64,000 nucleotides of DNA, taken from positions 248,001 through 312,000 of the forward strand of contig NW_026866687.1 of the NCBI RefSeq assembly GCF_026571515.1, given 5' to 3'. Positions 15,182 to 25,500 of this stretch are shown one piece after another. The stretch is from Ruditapes philippinarum. Its lineage: Eukaryota. The notes beneath the pieces were generated by a model. It searched no databases, was not told the origin of the DNA, and worked only from the letters and a program-made list of their open reading frames with translations. Position 1 is the stretch's first letter. The number at the start of each line of letters is the position of its first letter. The position numbers were made by a program, and so were the translations under genes.

Positions 15182-16888
15182 ATGACTCAAGCACACCGTG
15201 TTTCCATCAGAGACTTGAGTGAGGATGATATACAAAGGGTAATGTTTTAATTTCTTATATATATATACCTATATTCATTTACTGCACAGCAGTACATTAC
15301 ATTACTACTGAAAAATATTAAATTGTTGTTAGCATCCATGCAGGCTTTCATTCACGTTTGATTATCTTCCAAAATTCCGTTTTCCTTAGTTCGGCTCAAC
15401 GTTTACACGTTAAAGGCACAGTGACACGTTTTCTTCTTGTACTTGCCGCTTTCATTAAACGGGTAATATCGGAGGTTTGATCATCACTGACGTACGAAAA
15501 TATCTTTGGACATTTCTTAATTACGAATACGAACATATGGTTGTATCTTGCAATTCCCACAACAAGTAATAATATCGGCTACCGAACTCCAATCACGTCA
15601 TTCGCGGGCTTCTAATATACGAATAAGTTGGGTCGGACTTATTGCATAGATATTTTTCGGACATCATAGAAAACATAATCAAATTTATAATCGTATTTGA
15701 ATGACTAATTGACCATTGTATGTAATTTTAATTAACACGAATGTCATTTAAGTTATTACTGAATCACAAAATGAATATCATCATTATCGAAAGAAGAATC
15801 TTCTCTATCATAGGTGTCTTGAAAGTCGACATCGTTTTGTTGTCTTCTACTAAGGACATACTGCATAGACTCTGAGCATGTTAAAAACATTAATGGACTT
15901 CCATCTTTCTTGGCAAAACTGGTCCTCGAATTTAGAGAGATATTCAAAACATGTTCTTGCTGAATAGCAAACGGTATAGACCATGATCAGGCGGCATGTT
16001 TTGTTGTTATTTGTTTGCTGATTTTGAGTCTGAACTGGTCGCATGGGTGGAATATGTTCAAGGTTGACTCTGAATATTTATTTATTTATTTTTAATATAA
16101 AATTGAAATGAAAGCATATATATTACGTATATGAAATGGATTAACCTTTTCTGCACAATAAAAAGTAAATAACATATTAATTAAACTTTGTCAACCATTT
16201 TCTTTCACTTTTGCAGGCTTTTGAGAAGACGTTACAAGAATTTAATCCTATCCCTGGCATCAAACTAGTTCGCATTACTGAAGAGTATTATGAAAAAGCT
16301 TTGAATTTGTGCCGTGATCATTTTGTACCTCATGAACCGCTGATGAAATCTCTGGGAGTCAAATGGGGTGATTTTATTGAGGCATATTGGTTAAAAGCTC
16401 TGAAACTCAACCTTTCGCTAATGTTCGTTGATGAGGGAACGGATGAGCCTATCGCATTTAGGACAATAATGCATATTTTCAAAGATGACAAATTCCAGTT
16501 TGATGCTGAGCAGCTCTCAGACGAATTAAAGATACTGATAGATTTTGCTCTGTACTGTGACAAGCAGGCTGATTTCTTTGACCATTACGGTGTTACCGAG
16601 GCGTACCGTTTTCTTTCATTGGTGGTTACACAGAAATACCAAAGACGCGGCTTTGCTTCGAAGATTTTTCATGCTGCGATTAATCTAGTTCGCAACTTTG
16701 GTTTTGATGAGGTTAATATCAAAGGAGAAGGTACATCAAATTTTTCTAAAAAGATTTACGAAAAGGAAGGGTATGATGTTTTGTATGAGCATATGTTCGA
16801 TGAATGGGAGGTCGATGGTAGAAAGCCATTTTTAAACACTGGAGAACATAAATCAATGAAGATATATGGAAAGAAAATTACCCAGTGA
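15182..16888 (+). CDS. GNAT-family N-acetyltransferase, arylalkylamine/dopamine N-acetyltransferase-like (about 242 aa)
   Basis: Exon 1 15182-15238 (MTQAHRVSIRDLSEDDIQR|gtaatg) joins in phase 0 to exon 2 16217-16888 (ttgcag|AFEKTLQEF...). Motifs: F-x-x-H-E-P-L, acetyl-CoA motif A LSLVVTQKYQRRGFASKI, and TSNFSKKIYEKEGY. Confidence 0.85.
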
Positions 16889-17349
16889 TCATAGAAACTA
16901 AAAAAATAATCCGCATGTAGCTACAATTTTTATTGAACAACAAAAATGTTTAATCACACATTTAGCCTTTAAAATGAAAAAGGCAAACCTGTAATTCATT
17001 AAATTCAATATATAATAAAAGTGTTAATCATGTCAAGTGTCGTTGACTGTTAAATGATTTGCGATAATGTCATAAAAGTAGCGAAACGTAAAGTGTTATT
17101 TTGTCTTTCTTACAAAAAATTACTCATGGCCAAAACAGTATGAAGGTTCTTGTATTTATAGATGACTCATATTTCAGATAATTTATTGCGCAGGTATCAA
17201 TTAAGTATAAATGACTGTAAACAAAATGAAACTACAATATATTTAAAACAACAAAAACAAATGGTCTCAAGTTTAGGTGGCCATTCCAAAAACACTGCGT
17301 GATTTTCCGTCTGAGTCACTGAATGTGTACGTACAGTATATCGCCGCTA

Positions 17350-17650
17350 TTATTGACCAATGTAAGCACGTTAAAATGTTTTTAAAGTGATGGTCCAGTT
17401 TTATTTGTAAAAGCCAACCCCAGAATGTTTGGTATTAATAATCAGTTACAATGGTGGTGATTTGATGCGTTGATATATGTCTAAAATAGGACTTAGAGTA
17501 CTGCAGAGGGTTTCTGGATGACTGAATGGCATAGTTTACATTGACAGGTCTGATGTTATTCGTTGTTGACTTTCACAACAAGTACGGTATCAGGATGATG
17601 GTGCACTGTGTCACATGACCAATACTGTCACTCAGTGAAAGGGGAGAATA
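17350..17650 (+). pseudogene. Decayed Tc1-like transposase fragment
   Basis: Manual translation gives NGGDLMR*YMSKIGLRVLQRVSG*LNGIVYID...YQDDGALCHMTNTV, resembling the Tc1 DDE core (GGG.VMVWG...G.LN...YI...QQDNAPCH) with stops. Confidence 0.4.
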
Positions 17651-18182
17651 TTATGGTTTGGTTCAGAATTGCAACAAAAGTCATGAGAATTATTCTTTCA
17701 AGAGAATCTTCAATATACGTATGGAGTTAAAGCAATGACCGCCACTCCCATTCACTTAGAAAGTGATACCTCTCGAAACAAAACAAGTATATTTTTACAT
17801 GTATTATTTAAGAATGTCGAAGGCTTATTAAGCTGACAAAGAGAAAACAGTCAGTTATTCAGGCGTAAGTTAAAAACCCTGTAAGGTAGGTAGTGGCATA
17901 AATTTTCATTACTTTTCATTTCTTGCAAAATTTATCAATACGAATAAATTAATAAATTATCTGATTGCTCGTGTAAAGATAAATTTCATTCAATTATGTT
18001 ACAAACAGTTATTATAATAATAACCTAATGCAAGTATTTACCAATAAATATGTTAAAAATGGATTAAAAATTAGATGTTGACCATAAAAAAAAAATAGTG
18101 CAAAGGTATTCATGGATGTCACTATATATCTTAAAGAAGTAGGTATAAACGTGCAATCTCGTAGGAACCAGAGTGAGTTAAG

Positions 18183-20883
18183 ACAAGAAATGTCGAACGA
18201 CACGTATGCCCCCCTTTCTAGCCCTTGGCTCACATTATTGGTAATTTTGTTAGAGAAACTTGCCATAAACGGGTACATGGAAGTGTTCAATTATGGAAAA
18301 AAAGAAAAACATTGAAGACTGTGATAAATAGTTTTCAAGATAAAGAGACATTTAAGGCCCCTGTGACCTAGACCTTTGAACTAGTGACCCAAAATCAGTA
18401 GGGGTCATCTAATAGTTATGACCAATCAATATTAGAAATATGAAGACTTTGTTATAAATAGCTTTCAAGATAATGAGCCGTAAAACCATACTAACATTCA
18501 AGAACCCGGTGACCTTGACCTTTGACCTAGTGACCCCAAAATCAATAGGGGTCACTAACTAGTTATGCCCAATCAGTATGTGAAATATGAAGACTTTGTG
18601 ATAAATAGTTTTCAAGATAATAAGCGGAAACCATTCTGACATTTAAGGCCTCTGTAACCTTGATCTTTGATCTAGTGACCCTAAAAGCAATATGATCATT
18701 TGTTGGTTTTGACCAATCACTATGTGAAATAGGAAGACTTTGTGATAATTATCTTTCAAGATAATGAGCTGATATCATACTACCATTCAAAGACCCTGTG
18801 ACCTTGACCTTTGACCTGGTGACCCCAAAATCAATAGGGGTCATCTACTAGTTATGACCTACCAATATGTGAAATATGAAGACTGTGATAAATAGTAACC
18901 AAGATAATAAGCGGAAATCATATTACCATTCAATGCCCCTGTGATATTGACCTTTGACCTAGTGACCCTAAAATCAATAGGAGTCATCTACTAATTATGA
19001 CCAATCAATATGTGAATATGTAGACTTTGTGATGAATGCTTTTCAAGATAATCAGCGGAAACCATTTAGACATTTAAGGCCCATTTAAGGCCCCTGTGAC
19101 CTTGACCTTTGACCTAGTGACATTAAAATCTATAGGGGTCATCTACTTGTCATGACCAATCAATATGTGAAATACAAAGACTTTGTGATAAATAGTAACC
19201 AAGACAAGAGGGCCATGATGGCCCTGAGGTCGCTCACCTGTATATAGCCCCCCCCCCCCCCCCCCCCGTGCCAATGTTTACCCAAGGGCTTTTATTTGTT
19301 TATTTGAACAAACTTGGTAGACACCCATAAGAAGATGTTTCATGCTAAACATCTAAGTTCTAGCTCATTGGGTTTTTTAAAAGAAGATTTTTTAAGTTTT
19401 TACTATACACATACAGTTAAAAACAATGACACCCCTGAGGCAGGGCTAGTTTTGACCCCCGGGCTTTAATTTGTAGATATTTACTTATAGATGTTTCATG
19501 CTTAATATCTAAACTAAAGCTATTTGGGTTTTTTCAAAGAAGATTTTTAAGTTTTTGCTATACACATATAAGGAAAATCAATGACCCCCGGGGCGGGGCC
19601 AGTTTTGACCCCAGGGCTTTTATTTGAACATACTTGGTAGACACCCATTAGAACATGTTTCATGCTAAATATCTTAGCTCTAGCTCTTTGGGTTCTTTAA
19701 AAGAAGATTTTTTAAGTTTTTACTATATGCATATAGGGAAAATCAATGACCCCCTGGGGCGGGGCCAATTTTGACCCCAGGGCTTTTATTTGAACAAACT
19801 TGGTAGACATTCACAAGAAGATGTTTCATGCCAAATATCTAAGCTCTAGCTCTTACGGTTCTTTAAAAGAAGATTTTTTAAGTTTTTACTATATGCATAT
19901 AGGGAAAATCAATGACCCCCCAGGGCGGGGCCAATTTTGACCCCAGGGCTTTTATTTGAACAAACTTGGTAGACACTCACTAGAAGATGTTTCATGCCAA
20001 ATATCTTAGCTCTAGCTCTTTGGGTTCTTTAAAAGAAGATTTTTTAAGTTTTTACTATATGCATATAGGGAAAATCAATGACCCCCTGGGGTGGGGCCAA
20101 TTTTGACCCCAGGGCTTTTATTTGAACAAACTTGGTAGACATTCACTAGAAGATGTTTCATGCCAAATATCTAAGCTCTAGCTCTTACAGTTCTTTAAAA
20201 GAAGAATTTTTAAGTTTTTACTATATGCATATAGGGAAAATCAATGACCCCCCTGGGCGGGGCCAATTTTGACCCCAGGGCTTTTATTTGAACAAACTTG
20301 GTAGACACTCTTTAGAAGATGTTTCATGCCAATTATCTAAGCTCTAGCTCTTATGGTTTTTTAAAAGAAGATATTTAAAGATTTTTCTTTCGGTTGCCAT
20401 GGCAACCAGAGTTCTGCATGGAATTAAATTCTTTGAACAATTTTTAAAGGTGACCACCAAAGGAACATTCCTGTGAAGTTTGGATGAAATTGGCTCAGTG
20501 GTTTATGAGGAGATGTCATTTAAAGCAAAAGTTTACGGACGGACGACGGACAACGGACGGACGGACGCCGGACGGACGCTGGACGAAAAGCGATCACAAA
20601 AGCTCACCCTGTCACTTTGTGACAGGTGAGCTAATAATAAGCGGAAATCATATTACCACTTAAGGCCCCTGTGACTTTGACCTTTGACCTAGTGACCCCA
20701 AAATCAATAGGTGTCATGATCTGTCATCTACTAGTTATGACCAATCACTAAATGAAATATGAAAACTTTGTGATAAATAGTTTTCAAGATAATCAGCGGA
20801 AACCATGTAGTCTACCGACGGACAGACCAACAGACCGACATTAGCAAAACACTGTACCCCCTCTTCTGCGAAGGGGGACATAA
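18183..20883 (+). mobile_element. Helentron-type non-autonomous element (HINE-like) with an internal ~145-bp tandem array, interrupted by a second element
   Basis: Starts ACAAGAAATGTCG..ATGCCCCC, then repeats of GTGACCTTGACCTTTGACCTAGTGACCCCAAAATCAATAGGGGTCATCTAC at ~145-bp spacing. GAC(G/A)-type microsatellite near 20815-20840 and terminal hairpin CCCCCTCTTC-TGC-GAAGGGGG followed by ACATAA. Confidence 0.75.
19204..20633 (+). mobile_element. HINE-like element with ~166-bp satellite array nested in the previous element
   Basis: Head ACAAGAGGGCCATGATGGCCCT (short palindrome) and GCTCACCTG. About 6-7 units of ~166 bp (AATCAATGACCCC at 19741, 19907, 20073, 20239), a (GGAC)n microsatellite at 20537-20585, and end hairpin AGCTCACCCTGTCAC..GTGACAGGTGAGCT. 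It splits an outer monomer (AATAGTAACCAAG^ATAATAAGCGG) without a TSD. Confidence 0.8.
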
Positions 20884-22523
20884 AAATAATCTCAATGGGA
20901 GCATGGTGTCAAATCTCACTGGACAGATATTTATAATTATGATAGGGAACCTAATATATAGGACCACATACTTAAACATCTCCGAGACTAGGTATTTACC
21001 TATATATCTAATTGCACTGGAAATCCATAATGTATTCTTAAAGGAAACAAAATACTCATTTTCTTCTGTAACTTACATGGGGATTTTAACATTAACAAAA
21101 GTGACAAGAATATTTATGAATTTACTTCTTTTATTTCAGAGTTCATATTCATTTGTTAAATATTTACATCATCATCTAACACATCAACATTCGCATCAGA
21201 AAATAATAACTTCTTATTGAACTATGTTTTGTTTCTGTTTTACTAATTATAAATACAAAATGTATAATAAATTGTTTAACATTTACATATCAAATGTCAA
21301 TTATTTTGAAAAATTTAATCTGGGGAAATTATCTTATTATAATAGGGTAACGCTTGATTTTTAATTTAATTTTATTCTTTGTGTTCCATTCATATATCAC
21401 AAATTTTATTTAAAACTTCCCTGTATTACAGCTTTATTGTGTAAGTTCTGCAAAATCATTACAGAATGCCTAGAGAAAATTAGTTGCTCACTTCATGTTC
21501 ATAGACATCTTTAGAAAAATAATGGCATATCAATTTCGCATAATCTCTGGTAAAAAGAGAAAATATATACTTAATAATTAATATGAAATCACAACTTAAA
21601 AAAATAATTGTTTTTGAGGGCTCTAGTGTCAATTAAAAGAAAATTTCTAGTCACTTATCAAACAAAAACAGATAATAATTTTTAAAATGATAAAATTTAA
21701 AATAATCACTATGAAATGAATTAACTGAGCACAGTTTTGTCCGTTTGCTTTTGAATGATAAACAAAGAAATATGAAAATGTTGAAGGGAAATTAATGGGA
21801 ATCTAAGCAGAGTTTTGCTCATAATTTGGTCATCTACATGATGCCCAGATAAATTACAAATATGAAAACATTGTCTTTATCTATTGATAAAATCCCTTAA
21901 ACATGTTATAACAATAACCATTTTTGGCACGTCTGTTTCAAATGAGAATTTTATCAAAGATTTTAAATAAAGTATTGAAAATGACTATTGAAAATGACCC
22001 AATTAAATCAGTTTTGAAGTAATAAATATACCCTTTTTACTATCAATTTCTCACAAATAACTCCACAAATATGGGTTATCCAAGGTAATCCCCCAGTACA
22101 AATAAACTTTTACCATTGAAGCTTCATGCTCACAATAGATTAGTTTACCTGTTACACTTATTTTCAATAGCTGAAACTGTTAAAAGTTTTTTTGCACCCC
22201 TGGGATTACCTGGGAAAACCCAAAATAAACTTAATTTCCGGAGTAAATCTTTTCAATTCCTGCACTGTACCATATACTATAATATTTTATAATATTTTCC
22301 ACATATACATGTAACGAAATATTGTTGTTTCACTTTCATTAAACCTTGCGTACCCAAAATTATGACATCAACAAAAATTGTGCACACTGTTACTTAACTA
22401 TGGTCATCACAATTATGTTAAAACAAACTCTCAACAATTTTGTTATGATACAGCCTATTTACATAAAAAACACATATTTTCAAAAACTAAAATACTCTAC
22501 AATAGTTCTCTTCTCGCTATATA

Positions 22524-25500
22524 TCAAAGAAAATATGGCGTTGTGGTACGTGAAGGTATCACACGTTCATTGTCGGGTACAGCTTTAAATAGCTTAGCTT
22601 CACGATTATCTGCATCTTTAAAGTCTATGACCGTGGCAATATTTCCACATCTGTAACAATAGTTTGGTGCTGACCAAATTGTAACCAGTTTTTCATCAAA
22701 CATGTACTTAAAACCTGAAAAATAAAGGCAGTTATTAGATACTGAAAATTTTATTGACATGTCTGTCCACTAAAATGAGAAAATAAATTTACTTAGCATT
22801 TAATTTTTTTTATTATCAAAGGAATATCAAAAGTCATCCACAACCTTTCACTTGGAAGCAGAGAACACATTTTGTTGAGGTTATATTGTTACTACAGCTT
22901 TACTGGTGAAGGAAAAATTATTTGTGCATAAGAGTCACCAAGGACAACTTGGTCCAAGGGAAAAAACTTTTGTTTAAGTTCTGTCTCAAATCTCAAGATT
23001 TTCATTGGTCAGTGTACATTCTATTGCAGTTTCTGACCAATCAAAACCTGAGATTGAAGTGTAGAGATTTCTTTATAGCCCTGGATCCTGGTTTTAGATA
23101 AGCTAGTTTAATTGCTGTTTCACAAAAATCTAAATTCCCTGATGAAATTCAAACCCAGGATGGTGCCACTATTCTTGACACAAACTGGCCATGACACAAT
23201 CAAATTTATCCAGACATAATCAAGTTTTACCTTTATGGGACTCCAATGAGGTTTTTTTTTTACATGACAGGACTACAAATATTATTCCAAAATTTGATTT
23301 TAGTCTAGACCAATAACTCATAAGCAAATTTTCAGATCATTCCCTCACCTTATTTTTCCAGAATCATCATTTTTATTGTGCAAAATGACCAAAAAAAGAA
23401 AGTCATTGCAATGCTTTTCACTCAAATCAGGCTTAGAATTGCATTAAATAAATCAGTTTTCAATTAAATATAGTATATTTCAATTCAGTATATTTATTAT
23501 TTCATGCAGATTCTTTTTCCATTTTAAATGCTTCACTTAACCTTTGTAAGAATATTAACGTGTTTAGGTTTTTATGTTCTCTGTGGAGCTCCTTTCACAT
23601 AATTATCCTGAACCCTTCTGCAAAGGTAGGGGTGAAAGGAAGGAAAAACTGGCAACTTGTTTAATCAAATCAAATTTGAAATGGGAGGGGTGCATAATAC
23701 TGGAATTATAGAAAATTTAGCATGAGTTTTTAAGTAAGTGATACTTCTTTAGACCTACCTTCATGTACTAACTGATGTGCCCGACATATCAACTTTAGAC
23801 CATTGATGTGAACAAACTGAAACACAAATATCAAAATACATTATTATGCGAACTTATCAACTATGCAGTCTCAAATAATCTAGAACACATCTGAAAGCTA
23901 TATATCACTCTAGAATCTACTTTTTTATCTATCTATGATTTATTTATGGGCCAAATACATCACAACAAGCATATATCTAAAGGAAATGTACCTCTTAATG
24001 AAATCAATGACAAATTTTCTTTTTTATGAAAAACATAGGCACTTAGGGACCATTTTTTAATTTTTTATTGAAAATTAATGTGCCACTACCTGTATTACTA
24101 CATGTATAAAGATTATTATGGACTCATTAATATGCTGTGAATTCACTTTATCTGTAGGCATGAATATATTATAGTTCTGTCACCAAAAGAAAAGTAAAAT
24201 GCAAATAATGTAATGTAAAAATGTTACAACAGACAAAATGAAATTTCATTGGATTTAACTTCTGCGAACTGACCTATCCACAAAAGAAAACACAAAAATA
24301 AGTGGCACATGTATAATAAAGAGTTTGCAGTTCAAGTTTGATAGTTTACTTACACAAAATAATTAAACATCTCCATTTAGCTCAAGCAAGAGGTAATGAC
24401 AATATTCATGTTTGTGTATGTTTGTTACATAAACTGAATTTAATAATGTTATGCAAGTTATGCCCACATGGAGAGGATCGGGAAACAGATGTGTAAAGCC
24501 TGCTCGTTAAATAAAGTGGTACTTATTTACTACTTCTTGATTTTTCTTAGTTTTTTTATAAAAAAAACAATTCTATAAATCTAAAAGGTTATACGTTTGT
24601 TAAGTATTTTTGTACATACCTCATTATCCCTTTGGGGCCCCCCAAAAACCATCCTCCCCTGGGAACTCAGCCCAAGTATCAACTTCTTCGGGGTTGACCA
24701 TACAAAATTTGGTTTATGTTAAGGGAAATTTAAAAATATATTGGCATTATTTTTTCCCTTCCATAAGGTTAAAATTTTCCCAAAAGTCATATGGGGTTTT
24801 CTTTAAAATAAAAATTCCCCCATGGCGATAAAAGAAAGTCACTGTAAGAGGCAAGTTGTTAACTAAACACAGACATTAACTTGAAAGTTAATTTTATCAA
24901 CAAAATGTATCTTCTTGAACATTGTAATCCAGATAACAATCATGTTGAATATATTCAGAAATAATCTTCTCACATAAAATATAGGAGCACAGTAAGACAG
25001 ATTAAATATATTGTTGTTAAAATTCAACTTCTGTGTAATATGATTAACATAAACAGGACCCCACCCCGTTCACATAGCCAAATGTATCTTTCTTTTTTTT
25101 AATTGTTAAATGAAAATTTGTGGTCATTGAAAAAACGCCAATGTCTTTACAAACATGAGGAACAGACAGTTTCTAACTGAGACTTTATTTAATAAAATTA
25201 ATATGTTTATCATTAATCAATGCAATTTCCAACACATTATTTCAACTTTTTCTTCCATGTACAGTTGACTCTCGGTAACTCGAAATCCAAGGGACTGGGC
25301 ATTTAACTTCGAGAGAAACGGAATTCGAGTAACGTGGAACCCCACCATTACATGTATATACATGTGCCTGATTGAATGTGCCAAAGGAGTAGGTTTGTTA
25401 TTGTTGTTAGCTGCAATGCTGCAATATTTAACCATTGAAATGACGGTAAATCACTTACAACTGCAAAATTATTAATGAACAAAAAATATATCATTCAAAA

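Noticed and set aside
18312-20800. Regularly spaced repeats resembling a CRISPR array
   Set aside because: Whole 145/166-bp monomers repeat with no unique spacers, there are no cas genes, and the context is eukaryotic.
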